64,000 nucleotides of DNA from Monocercomonoides exilis PA203 (lineage: Eukaryota; Protista; Preaxostyla). Below the pieces are notes generated by a model, which searched no databases, was not told the DNA's origin, and was given only the letters and a program-made list of their open reading frames with translations. Positions 27,001 through 39,200 of the stretch are shown in pieces. Each line of letters opens with the position of its first letter. Within the stretch, counting starts at the first letter, position 1. The stretch spans positions 496,001-560,000 of the forward strand of contig LSRY02000022.1 of assembly GCA_001643675.2 (NCBI GenBank). Direction: 5' to 3'. Position numbers and translations under genes: made by a program.

Positions 27001-27880
27001 GTGCGTTTTGTTTCCCCACAAACTTGTTGATGTTTCGAGTGTTTTTTTTCCTTCTGAAAACACAGAAATATGGCAAATGACATTTTATTGAACAGGAAAT
27101 GCATTTCAGACAGAATGATGGAAAAGGCATGTTTTCATTTTATTGAAATTATTCAACGAGAGAAAGCACAAGAAAGTTTTGGAATTTTCAAAACTATTAA
27201 TGGAACAAAATATAAAAACCAAATAGGCTTTCATTTCGTTGGATTATGTCAAAAGGTTAATAACTTATTCTCATATTGCATTTGGAGCAAATATTGGAGA
27301 AATGCACCTCAGAGATTTTTGAGAAGGAAAGTGGCTGTCATCATCAACAAAGGCTTGTCATTTTCATCAAACAAGAGGAGATAAGACATTCAAAACAAGC
27401 AAAACAGAATGACCTTTTTATTTCACAAATAAGTGGTTTCTCTTGCAATTGAAAGGAAATTCATCTTTTTAAAGGAAATGCCATTTGCCAGCCAAAGTTG
27501 TTTCAGGTTTTGCTATCAGCCCGAAACAAAAGAAAAGCAACATCAACGAAGCATTCAACAAGATATCTATTGGCAAACTGACAGGTCAAAGAGCATCTTT
27601 CATTTTTATTTCTTTTTCTGAAAGTCTGCGAATTGAGAAAGAAAGGCTATTTCTTCTTCGAGATTATCTTCAATGTCATCGCAAACATCGGTGAAGAAAA
27701 AAAAAAATAGAGATTGTCAAATTCTTTGTCTTCCTCTTCATTCTTCATTCTCTTCTGGACAAGGTTATGATTTCTCTCCACTTCTTCAAATTTGTGAATG
27801 AATTATTGACCTTTGAGCATCGTTTGTGGAGGATCACAAATCAGCCACATTTCCGTCATCTCATTTCATTCTCATTCATC
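24025..27880 (-). repeat. Left arm of ~3.85-kb inverted duplication (partner ~35375-39200)
   Basis: Colinear reverse-complement similarity from aatgagatcaggaaaaatgttga (~24031, partner ~39175-39197) to catttcattctcattcatc (~27880, partner ~35375), including the repeat gene. Confidence 0.9.
25068..26444 (-). CDS. 30-aa tandem-repeat protein (15 repeats, consensus MAMHWIxxxxTEPPEWMRHxxTLxDxxGxT), ankyrin-like, copy A
   Basis: Intact intronless 458-aa ORF, clear 30-aa period, N-terminal MGN, intact paralogue at 36808-38181. Confidence 0.92.
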   Translation of the reverse strand: MGNIYLGERFIKDAKDKTEAMKWIIDKETEPPKELRHDATITDSEGDTMAMWWIKEVKTEPPKWMRHSNSLANVYGWTMAMWWIIYVNSDPPEWMRHSITQIDIMGCTMAMLWIDEIKTDPPEWMRHGVTLSDKLGNTLAMHWIDEIKTEPPEWMRHGVTLSDNIFGSTMSMWWIDTVKTEPPEWMRHGITLADKEGMTMAMHWIANVNTEPPEWMRHDIMLGDKDGKTMAMHWIANVNTEPPEWMRHEATFPDKDGRMMIDYWKMFAKGEPPSWLSFDYSLCDKDGRTEAMNYIIEENEEPPRWMRHRNTLCDKDGKTMAMHWIEEVETEPPEWMRHSASLADKEGNTLTRIWIKNVNEEPPEWMKYDNTLGDKEGKTDAMRWISENKTEPPVWMRHDNTLSDMVGMTMAMYWIKDVETEPPMWMRHSNSQKNIAGWTMAKVWKYNVETEPPKWMRN

Positions 27881-28040
27881 TTCATCTTTATCATCATCTT
27901 CATCACCTTTTCTTCAATCAAAATCTTCTCCTTTCTTCCCATTTCATTCAGATGACAATGTAAATTCGTCATCATTTTCTTCCTTTTCTTCTTCTTCTTC
28001 CTCTTCTTCATCTCATTCATCATTTTCTTCTTTTTCATAA

Positions 28041-28049
28041 TCATCATCG

Positions 28050-28093
<44 letters not shown>

Positions 28094-28140
28094 TTCTTCT
28101 TCTTCTTCTTCTTCTACTTCTACTTCTACTTCTACTTCTT
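28041..28140. repeat. Compound microsatellite (CAT)n-(TCT)n-(TCTACT)n
   Basis: Directly visible. Confidence 0.9.
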
Positions 28141-29828
28141 CCGCTTCCAAGCATTCTCTGGCTTCCTCCACATCAACATCCACAGCAGCATCCAGCAATG
28201 CTGCCAACATTAACACGAACACGACTTCTGTTACCAACACATCCACCACCCTCACCTCGATCACAGCTGCATGTTCAGACGATTCCTCGTTGGAATCGAC
28301 GCTTCCGGGGTCTGCCAAGTGCAGGAGCGGGAGGTGCAAGGCGGAGGAAGAGCAGTCTGCAGTTGTGCTGCATGAGCGCGATGCGCAAAGTGGCGGGGCA
28401 TCTGGGCCTGTGGAGTCGTACAGCGTGGCACAGATTTCGATCCCGCGGTTGGAGTCTCTACAGCAGGCTGTGACACATTCGCTGAATACTCTGAGACAGG
28501 ACGAGCAGAAGGCAACGACTGCAACGATTCCGATGCCAATTTCTATACAAATGGCGATGGAGACGACGATGGAGGCGACGATGCCTGATCAGGAGTGTGG
28601 GAACAAGCTGGACGAGGGAGCAAGAGAATGTGAAAGAGAAGAGGAAGACGAAAAGGATGATGAGGCTGTCAATGAGGCTGTTGATGATGGAAGGGAAGAA
28701 TGCGATGAGGAAGGAAAGGAGATGGATCATGAAGAAGGTGATGGAATCTTGCTTTCTCCCTTTGCCTTCTCCTCCTCCTCATCATCATCTTCATCATCAT
28801 CATCTTCTTCTTCTTCTTCGACTTGTTCATGCGAACAACGCGCTCTGAAAGCAACACAACAGCGACATGAAACAGAAACTGGAACAGGTCCATCACCACA
28901 GAAAGAGAAATTGAAGTCAAAGACGAAAATGAACACAGGCAATGAACATGCACGCGCTCATCAAGATTGTCATCCACATCAATTGCATCATCGTCATCAT
29001 CACCATCACCACCATTACCACAGCCATCACAGCAATCAAGGCAGCAAACAGTGCCACAAGTCCCAGCAAATGCTGCAGCAACAATCTCAACAACAGTCTC
29101 GGCAGCAGCCACAATTGCCGTCTAACCATCATCATCATCATCATTCAGAGGGAGTCAACAGGCAGCATCGCAGGCACAACTGCTCTGATGAGCGTTCACA
29201 TGGAACTGAGACGGCTGCGTCATCTTGTTCCCCCAGGAACAAAGCGAAACTGATGAGCATAATTGTACCTGCGGAGCAGCTGTTTGCGAGCGAGCATCGG
29301 TTTGAGAAGGAATCTCTTCCGCCCTCTCCTTTTCCGAAGGACAACCCACAGTTTGTGAGCACGCTAGCAGCAGAAACAGGGGCAGAGACAGATGCAGAAG
29401 CCAAAGCAGAGACAGACATCGGACGCGAAGGGGATGGGCCTGGTTTGGTCAAAAGCGCAACGCTATTGTTATCTAATTCTTCCTCCTCTTCCTCCTCTTC
29501 TTTGCCACTTCGGTTGCTTCAACAACAGAATGCGCATCTTTCTGCTTCAGACAATCCTTTGCCAGGCTGCTTGGCAACTCCTGAGCTTGCTGACCAACCC
29601 CTTTCATTTTCTCCACCTCCCCTTCCGCCACATGCACCGCCTCTCTCTCCTCTTCTTGTGACTGCGTCTCCTTCCTCTTCCTCTTCCTCTTTCTCTTCCT
29701 CTCCCACTCGCACCTCTTCACACACCCACACATCAACATTCACGACAACTGCAACAGCAACAGCAACTGCCACTTCCTCTGCCTCTTCATCTGCTTCGGT
29801 GTGTGCACAGGGGTTGACAGTCTCATAG
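28041..29828 (+). pseudogene. Probably 5'-truncated gene piece for a Ser/His/Gln-rich low-complexity protein
   Basis: Open frame from just after the TAA at ~28038 to 29828 (includes ORF 28290-29828); it starts in a (CAT)n/(TCT)n tract and has no clear initiation context. Confidence 0.55.
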
Positions 29829-30220
29829 GAGTCACCTTTGTTTTTTCTCCATCGTCTTCTTCCAAATGGATATTAAGCAGAAAATTTCAAATTTCATATC
29901 TTCTTAAATATTTGCGCTCCACCTTGATGAAAATCATTGCACATACCTTTTTTAGAAGTTTTGAGTATTATTGTTTTCGATAAAAAGAAACAAATTTTTC
30001 TTTCGTTCTTTTTTGAATTTTAAACAAACCAATTCATAAATAAATAAATAAAATAAAATAAATATAAATCTGCCAAAATAGTCAAACCGAATGCAAATTA
30101 TTGCAAAAAATAAATCATTACTTCCACAACAAAAATTAAATCAACATATACAAAATTCATTAAAAATAATAAAAAAATAAATAAATCTTTGACAAATTCA
30201 TAACTTTTGAATCAGACAGA

Positions 30221-32074
30221 TTAAGTTGTCTGATCTTTCATTTTCATCTGGCAAATTGGGCACTCTCCAACAGTCTCTTCCCAGTCACTCCCGCAGTTGC
30301 GATGGAACGAGTGACCACATTTGTATATTTGTACTGATCCGTTGAATTGCCATTTGTGGCAAATTCCACACACCTCCGGCACAGCCACATCATATGGCAG
30401 TGTCGGATGCTTTTCAACTCTCCCTCTGGGCAATGCCTCAATTTGCAGAAGAACAAACTTTGCTGTTCCGGCTTCCTTCTCGTCGTATGTCGTATACTTT
30501 TCATTCCCTGCCTCCTTCCATGGCATTTGCATCCTTGTCCCATCCTCTTTCACAGATGAAATCCGCCATCTGCAATCATAGAATCCCGGCTTCAGAGGCA
30601 CAATCTGCTTCAGGCAGCACGGGCAGAACGGCTTGCCCCCATGCAAATCAAATGCTTTCATTCCCCATCGGCAAATAACCTGCTTCTTGAATGCAGGACA
30701 TCCCTCGTTCTCGCATATTCCTTCGACGCTGATCCCTCTTTCCACAACACGCCATGGCGGGGCTATGCTGCTGAACGACCTCTCCACCAACGCATCCGTG
30801 TTCGTCACATCCACAAATGCATGCGATGGACAGCTCCTTCCTCCGCGTAACCTCAAAACAAGATATACTATTACATTTTTTTGAATTTTATAGGACGATA
30901 GTGTACGGTGATCCTGCAAATTCTTACTATCAAACATCAGCTTCTGCTCATATGGGGGTATGTTATTATATTCGTATATCCTTTCTTTCAACTCTTTAAT
31001 GAACATTTCTGATTTAACAAAGATACAAAAAACTTCTCTTGATGGCGCACTTATGATAATTTGATATTCCTTGGGTTGTTTTTCTTGTACATATAGCCTA
31101 TCTTTATCTTTAAAGCCGAATGAAGAAATCTTCCTATCATCATCCATTATCCTTCCTCTCCCAACTAGCATCATCTTATCTGCACAAATACCTACTTCCG
31201 GTTCCAATATCTTCTTCAGCTCTTCCACAAGCATCTCCTTTTCTGCTTCAATGAACAGTTTATTTCCTTGTCCATACTCGATCTGCAGCGTAAGCGTTTG
31301 AGATCCATTTTGCTCAGCAGCCTCTGATCCAACATTAGATGAGGTTGAGCTGGAGGATGGCGTGGATGAAGAAGCCTGCTCTTGCAAACAATTCGTGTAA
31401 TCAACTGATAAATGCAGCAGGACAACCCACTTTGCCCGCAGTACGTCAGCTTAGATACATATTTTTCTTCTGAACTTTCCCAAAGTTCGAAACGCCCTCT
31501 TCTCCATGTTCCGGAATGCTTCGTGCCCGTTTCTGAAACAATTGAAATCCATCCAACAGGAACATTCAAGGCCTCTAATGCTCTTTCAGCAAACTCGTCA
31601 ATCGTTGTATCTGGCCTCACATTTTCCACTACAACCGCTTTCCCTTTCATTTCGTTGTTGCAAACAGTCACGCGAACAGCAAAAGGCTTTGAGCTGCGCA
31701 GCTCTGGCGAAATATTTTCTTCAACTCTTGGCAAGGGCTCTTCATTTTCGGTGGCTGTGCCCGCCGCTCCAGATGAAGATTTTCGCTTCACTAAATAAAT
31801 TGTTTCTTCAGAATTCTGCCAATAACGAAAAGAATGACAAGAAAGAGAAGTTGAAAACAAAAGAAATGGACCACACTTCAAGAACATCTCGCACTTTTGA
31901 ATCGTCAGAAACTATCTTTTGCTTTTGAGTGAAATACAAATCACGCGCATCAACATCGTATTTCTCCGCAAGGCTTTGTTTAGCACTTTTCATGCAACGA
32001 CATAGATCAAGTTTCAGAGTAACAATTTTTCCGTTGAATATGAGAAAATCGACCGAACAACTATCTGATGACAT
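30221..32074 (-). CDS. Multi-ubiquitin-like-domain protein with internal LRLRGG, Cys-rich domain and C-terminal RING-H2 finger (putative E3 ligase); 3 exons
   Basis: ATG at 32074; GT-AG introns 31876-31816 and 31430-31381 join the three ORFs in frame (DVLE|NSEET; CGQK|QASS); last Ubl is [41 protein letters not shown]; RING-H2 is [18 protein letters not shown]. Confidence 0.88.
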
Positions 32075-33563
32075 TATTAAAAAAATTGATTTGATCAAGC
32101 AACTATTATTTAAATATATTGAAGCTTTTTTTTTAAATATTTCTTAAGAAATATTTGATGAAACTGTGAAGGCCTGACGGACAAATGGAAACATTAAATA
32201 ACTTAACCTTTTCCTTGATGAATAATGAAACCATTTATCATCTCCCAAAGAATTAACCTTCGTGGAAAATTTATTTTTCACTTTGATTTTTAATCTTTTT
32301 CAATTCTTTTTCACTTTCTTTTCTTTTTTTAAATGATATTGCTGTCGTTGATAAAGAACAAATATTTTCTGAAACGTCATCAAAAATTTTCTAAACAGTT
32401 TCAATGTTTTGATAACAATGCTGATTTTTCCATTTAATGATGAAAAGAAATCATTCAAATGCTGTTACAAAACAAAAAACAAATATGAAATTCAATTTCA
32501 AAGGCAACAATCTAATTATTGAAAATATCAAGATTCTGTTCAGATTTTTTGATTAATACTGAATTAAGCAAAATAAAGCTGTGTCAGTTCATGATAAAGA
32601 CAATTGGAATTTGATCAGTTGCAGTTGAAAAGAAAAAAAAGAGAAATCACTGATTTCAAATTTGTTGAGGGAGAAATTGCAGGAGTGACTTACAGAAGCG
32701 ATGGCTTCAACAAGCCGTCTGTGCAAAAAGCAAACAAAGCAGGCAAAAGAGGTGAACAGAAAATGACTGAAGAATTACCTAGCGAGAAGAAGCGTTCCAG
32801 TTCAGCAGTTCAACTTCTTCAAACAGTTTTAGAAAACCCTTTTACAGTTCGGACAACAATTTGAAGCAGAAACAGAGGTGGCGTGCGCTGATGGTGCACA
32901 GGAAGGGAACCCGATACAACGAAATAGCCATCAGCGGGAAAGGTGGATGGTTCCTGGTAAGAAGAGAAGTTAGAGCGCTGAGATAACACAAGGCATGAGA
33001 GGAAGATCGATTCTGAGTGCTCTTTCCAGGAACAGCAGATTTGCTGTTTTTGCCTCTGAAAAGTCAATCCATACCGAAAAAAAAAATTCCCCTCTTCAGT
33101 TTAGATCCTTTTCTCTGTCTAATTCAAAACCAGAAGTGATGAGCAAAGAAATGACACTGCATCACTTTAACACGCTTTCGATGCAGTTGCTTGTTGAAAA
33201 GGAGGGCAAAACGAGACATTTGTAGCGTTTTCACTTGTTCTTGCCATTGATGATGGAGTGAAGAATATGCGCCATTAGAGATTCTGGTAAAACTGACTGC
33301 TCATTCAACGATGACAGAGACGGCTGCGAAGAAGTTAGAGAAACAAACTGTGAAATAACCCTCTGCTGCATTTTGCTCTTCCCAGAAGGCAAAGGAGCGT
33401 TTCTGCTCTTTTTCCTTCTTCTCACTCAAAAAGGCGCTTCGTGAGATGCATCTGCACCGTTTTCTCCTTTTCCTTTAAGCTCCGCTTCTAAAACGCCTAT
33501 TCCAAAATCATTCCTGTTAAAATGAAAAAAAAATTCTTTCCTTCAAAAAGTTGATAGAATTTT

Positions 33564-35060
33564 CTATGTTCGTCTTTTTTTGTTCGATTTGTGTAAAAAG
33601 CTGCATGTCTTTGCATCAATGCGGTTTGCCCTTTCCCTCCTCCTCCTCCTCCTCCTCCTCCTCTTCTTCTTCTTCTTCTTCTTCTTCTTCTTCTTCTTCT
33701 TCTTCTTCTTCTTCTTCTTCTCTTTATTCTCTTTATTCTCCTCCTCCTCCTTCATCTCTTTCTTCTTTTTCTTTCTTTTCTTTTCTTTCTTTCTTTCTTT
33801 TTTCTTTTTCTTCTTCGTCTTTTTCTTCACCTTCTTCACCTTCTTCACATTCTTCACCTTCTTTTTCAATTTCTTCAACAATTTCTTCTTCCTCTTCTCG
33901 CTCCTATTTTTCCGCTCCTTCTTTTTATTTTCCGCTTCTTTCCCCACATTTCCTTCACTTCTATCTGAAGCAATGCCCAAAGATCCATCTGCTTCTTCTT
34001 CTTCCGCTCTTGAAATCTCCTATTGAATGCCATCAGATGGAGAAGAACTGCACACTTCTGGTTCCACTGAATGCTGCTTGTCTGAATCCGCCTCAGCCTC
34101 TGCCTTCACAAACCTCAGCCCACTCAGCCCAAGCGCCTCCACAACCATCTGCGCCATCGCTTCTTCCAGCTTCCCCTGGTTATCTTTGATTTTCTCCACA
34201 AACTCTCTGTGCGCTGTCGGATACCCGTCTTTCTCCTCGTTCCCATCACCTCCTTCTCTCCCTCCATCTTCTTCTCCCTCTTTTTCTCCCTTTTCTTCTC
34301 CCTTTTCTTCTCCCTCTTTGCCTCTCCTTTCTCCTTCCTCTGCCTCTTCTCGCTCCTCCAGCACATCCAAAGGAATCGCTGCTGGCAACAGAACCACATC
34401 CTCCATCCTCAGCCCCGCTGCTGACAGCCCCTTCTCCACAACTTCCCCCACTTCACACACTGCAACCCCTCGCCACATCACTTCGTCGCCCAGCTTCACC
34501 ACCACACGCCTCGACTGCGGAGATCGCGAAGCCAGCAGCAATGTTATAAACAGATCGCATTCACATATGCCGATGCAAAGATCCGCTTGCTCCCCGACTT
34601 CGTGCCCACCGTCGCTGCAAGCGACGGAAGCGGTGCCACCAGCGGAACCGAAAGCATCACCGAAAGCGCCACATCGTACGCACACACAACACCCCCATAC
34701 AGCATCGCCCGCCGCGTCACAACATATTCCCGCAGTGTCTGCAGCGCCCTAGGCGACAGCAGCAGCTGCAGCGACAGCGGCATGTGCTGCCCATACGCTC
34801 CAGCTGCCTCTGGCACCACAATCCGCAGCAGCCTCTCGATGTCGTCCATCGCTCCTGCTGATGTGTATGAAGCTGCCACCGCAGAGGCATCCGAAGGGTC
34901 AATTGCAGGTGCTGATGATGGCTTATCATCTCCAGTCACTTTCTTCTCTTCGCTTCTCCGCCTCCGAAATGGCGAAGTTGATCGGCGTGCTATTCCAGTT
35001 GAAGAAGACGAAGAAGAAGAAAATGAAATATTATTAGAAAAAGAAGAAGATTTTTAGGTG
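33564..35060 (-). pseudogene. GC-rich frameshifted gene fragment with poly-Glu tail
   Basis: ORFs 34544-34939 and 34020-34685 overlap out of frame; internal TAG at ~34020; (CCT)n/(TCT)n run at 33637-33720. Confidence 0.55.
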
Positions 35061-35374
35061 AAAATATAAGAAGAATTTACTGAAGAAGAAAAAATATTTG
35101 ATGAAGAAGGAACATTCGAAGAAGAAGAGGATGCAAAGAAGAAAAATGTTTCTAATTGTTTTTAAATCTTTTCTGTTAATTTTTTCCATTTGAAGAAGAA
35201 CATTGATCGATCGAATTAAATGAAGTGAAATTGCTGATGATGAAAAATGAATATTCTATTTTCTGAGCTTTGGAAGATGCTTCAAAGTTGTCTGTGAGAT
35301 TGAAATGCAGAAAAAGTCAATGGAACATCTGACAGATGAAGATGAAGATGAAAATGAAAATGAAAATGAGAGCA

Positions 35375-38300
35375 GATGAATGAAAATGAAATGGGTTGAC
35401 TGAAATGTGCTCGATTTGTGATATTCAACAATAGATGCTCAACGTCCAATAATTCATTCACAAATTTGAAGAAGTGGAGAGAAATAATGACCTTGTCCAG
35501 AAGAGAATGAAGAATGAAGAGGAAGACAGAGAATTTGACAATCTCTATTTTTCTCCCCTGATGTTTGCGATGACATTGAAGATAATCTCGAAACAGAAAT
35601 CGCCTTTCTTTCTCAATTGGCAGACCTTCAGAAAAAGAAATAAAAATGAAAGATGCTCTTTGTTCTGTCTGTTTACCAATAGATGTATTGTTGAACACTT
35701 CGTTGATGTTGCTTTTCTTTTGTTTCGGGCTGATAGCAAAACCTGAAACAACTTTGGCTGGCAAATGGCATTTCCATTAAAAAGATGAATTCCCTTTCAT
35801 ATGCGAGAGAAACCACTTCTTTGTGAAATAAAAATGTCATTCTGTTTTGCTTGTTTTGCATGTCTTATCTCCTCTTGTTTGATGAAAATGACTAGCCTTT
35901 GCTGATGATGACAGCCACTTTCCTTCTCAAAAATCTCTGAGGTGCATTTCTCCAATATTTGCTCCAAATGCAATCTGAGAATAAGTCATTTTCCTTTTGA
36001 CATAATTCAACGAATTGAAAGCCCATTTGGTTCCTGTATTTTGTTCCATTAATAGTTTTGAAAATTCCAAAACTTTCTTGTGCTTTCTCTCGTTGAATAA
36101 TTTCAATAAAATGAAAACATGCCTTTTCCATCATTCTGTCTGAAATGCATTTCCTGTTCAATAAAATGTCATTTGCCATATTTCTGTGTTTTCAGAAGGA
36201 AAAAAAACACTCGAAACATCAACAAGTTTGTGGGGAAACAAAACGCACACACGTCAAATCGATTTTTATCAAAAATGGAAATCCAACTGTTCCTGTGTCA
36301 TCCAATTCGAAAAATGACATCTCTGAAAGTGTATAAAATTCTTGCTGATTTATCGTCATCCGGTCAATCGACGCAACTCATCCATGCAACTCAGAGTTCA
36401 GACAATCACTCATCAATCTCAGCAAATGGAAGAGTGTTTCGATGTTATCAATAACCTGTTTCCAGGATGTGTGCGTTGCTGAATACTGAAAATTCAAGCA
36501 ACAAATTGGTTGAATTTCAACACATAAATTGTGTGCTATGCTTCAAATGAGCATAAATCTTTCAATAAAACAAAAATATTTCATGATTCAAAATAATTTC
36601 AATTATTATCAATAAAGATATCGAAAAACATATAATTAATTTTAAAAAGTTACTTTAACATTGAAAATCGATTGAGTAACCCTTATTTTCAAAAAACTTT
36701 GTTAACGCCCAAAATATATTTTTTGTTCTTCACAGATCGATTGAATAATTTAAAAAACATTGTTCTCAGTTTCTTTTGTGTTTTTTTCAGACTGAAGTGA
36801 AAGTGAAATGGGAAACGTATTTTTAGGAATAGAAAATATTGAAAATGCAAAAGATAAAACAGAAGCAATGGAATGGATTGAAGAAAAAGAAACTGAACCA
36901 CCAAAAGAATTGAGACATGATGCAGCAATTACTGACAGCGAAGGAGATACAATGGCTATGTGGTGGATTAAAGAAGTTAAGACAGAACCTCCGAAATGGA
37001 TGAGGCATAGCAACACTATGGCAAATGACTTTGGATGGACAATGGCCATGTGGTGGATTATTTTTGTACAAACAGATCCACCTGAATGGATGCGACATAG
37101 CATCACTCTCAAAGACAATATGGGATGGACAATGGCTATGTTGTGGATTAATGAAATAAAAACAGATCCACCTGAATGGATGAGGCATGGTGTAACACTC
37201 AAAGACAATTTGGGACAGACAATGGCCATGCACTGGATTGAAGAAATCAAAACAGATCCTCCAGAATGGATGAGACATGGCGTGACGCTGTCAGACAAGT
37301 TAGGGGGCACAATTGCCATGCACTGGATTGATGCAGTTCGAAAAGAACCTCCAGAATGGATGAGACATGGAATTACTCTTGCTGATAAGGAAGGTATGAC
37401 GATGGCCATGCACTGGATCGCAAGCGTTTATTCAAGTCCGCCTGAATGGATGAGGCACGACATCATGCTTGGTGACAAGGATGGAAAAACAATGGCAATG
37501 CACTGGATTGCAAATGTTAATACCGAGCCACCGGAATGGATGAGGCACGAAGCAACATTCACTGACAAAGATGGGAGGATGATGACCGATTACTGGAAAA
37601 TGTTTGCGAAGGACGAGCCTCCAAGTTGGTTGAGCCATGACTATTCGCTGTGTGATGAAAATGGAAGAACAGCAGCCATGCGCCATATCATCGAGAAAAA
37701 AGAAGAGCCTCCAAAGTGGATGAGACACAGAAGCACACTTTGTGACAACGATGGAAAGACGATGGCAATGCACTGGATTAAAGAAGTGGAGACAGAGCCA
37801 CCAGAATGGATGAGGCACAGCACATCGCTTGCGGATAAAAAAGGAAATACATTGACGAGGATATGGATTAAGGAATTGGAGAGAAAGCCACCAGAATGGA
37901 TGAAATATGACAACACACTTAGAGATAATGATGGGAAAACGGATGCCATGTGGTGGATAACTGAAAACAAAACTGAACCGCCAGTCTGGATGAGACATGA
38001 CAACACACTTTGTGATTTGGTGGGAACGACAATGGCTATGCACTGGATTGAGAAAGTCAAAACAGAACCTCCAATGTGGATGAGGCATTCTAATTCACAA
38101 AAATATATATTTGGTTGGACAATGGCAAAGATGTGGAAATACAAAGTTGAAATTGATCCACCAAAATGGATGAAAAACTAAAATTTCAAACATCCTAATT
38201 TTTTTTGTGACAATATTCTCTTTGTTTTCATGAAAAATTAAACTTTTGTTCATCTCATATTTTTCTATTCTTCGTTTTTTCTAAAAATGTGTATCATTTT

Positions 38301-39200
38301 TCATGTCTTCTTCTTGAATCAACTTTTGATCAATCGAATTGAACTTTACACACTTCAGATAAAATTAATTCCACTCATTCTACATTAATAAAAATCATTG
38401 TTTGTTTTTTTATTGATTTTCAAAGTAAATCATATGAATTTTTAAATTATTTTTCTTTCATGATAAACAACACAAAACAAAAAAATGATGAGAACGAAAA
38501 CATAGAATCAATCATTTACTCAAAAATGAAAAAGAGAAAAACCATTTTTTTCAAATAAAAAAGATAACATGAGTTTCAAAAACCAATTTATTGTTTGTTT
38601 TTCTGAGAATCTTATTTCTACCAATATGTTTAGTTTATTCATTGAAAAGTAATATAGGAAGATACTCTTTCGAAAGTGAAAAAAAGAATCCAAAACAAAT
38701 CTGATTTTTTTCTCCATTTATCTTTTGCGTTGAAGAATTCGATGCAATAATGAAAAAAGCACTTCAACAAACATTTGACATTGAGTGACAATTTCATCTG
38801 GTTGAAATATAATTAAATATTCTTTTTGAAAAGTCACAAATGTTAAAATTTCTGGTTCAAAGATTTTTGGTATTTTTTCATGTATATCACAATAGATTTG
38901 TGAAAAATAAATGTCAAACAAATATGAACAACATGAAATATCCAATATGAAATAATTAAATTTCTGTTCAAATTTGATAAATTAATTGAAAGAATTGATC
39001 AAATAAATTTTGAATTTCAAAGAATGTGAAAATAAAACATTTGCGACTTATCAATCAAAACAAAGCCCACCATCTGTTTGTTTTGAATAACACCTTCAAT
39101 AATCATTTAATAATTATCAAGTTTGTGTTTTATTCCGTTACATATATTTGAAGAAGGTATCAAATTTAGTATGTTCAACACTTTTCCAGATCTCATTTTT
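35375..39200 (+). repeat. Right arm of inverted duplication
   Basis: Reverse complement of ~24025-27880; ends where the DIRS terminal repeat begins. Confidence 0.9.
36808..38181 (+). CDS. 30-aa EPPEWMRH tandem-repeat protein, copy B
   Basis: Intact 457-aa ORF, repeat-for-repeat colinear with 25068-26444. Confidence 0.92.
   Translation: MGNVFLGIENIENAKDKTEAMEWIEEKETEPPKELRHDAAITDSEGDTMAMWWIKEVKTEPPKWMRHSNTMANDFGWTMAMWWIIFVQTDPPEWMRHSITLKDNMGWTMAMLWINEIKTDPPEWMRHGVTLKDNLGQTMAMHWIEEIKTDPPEWMRHGVTLSDKLGGTIAMHWIDAVRKEPPEWMRHGITLADKEGMTMAMHWIASVYSSPPEWMRHDIMLGDKDGKTMAMHWIANVNTEPPEWMRHEATFTDKDGRMMTDYWKMFAKDEPPSWLSHDYSLCDENGRTAAMRHIIEKKEEPPKWMRHRSTLCDNDGKTMAMHWIKEVETEPPEWMRHSTSLADKKGNTLTRIWIKELERKPPEWMKYDNTLRDNDGKTDAMWWITENKTEPPVWMRHDNTLCDLVGTTMAMHWIEKVKTEPPMWMRHSNSQKYIFGWTMAKMWKYKVEIDPPKWMKN

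Noticed and set aside
33551-34752. Long plus-strand Ser/Phe/Leu-rich ORFs here and at 11046-11840, 25161-25961 and 52042-53032, and the minus-strand ORF 37432-38088
   Set aside because: Antisense shadows of purine-rich or repetitive coding strands.
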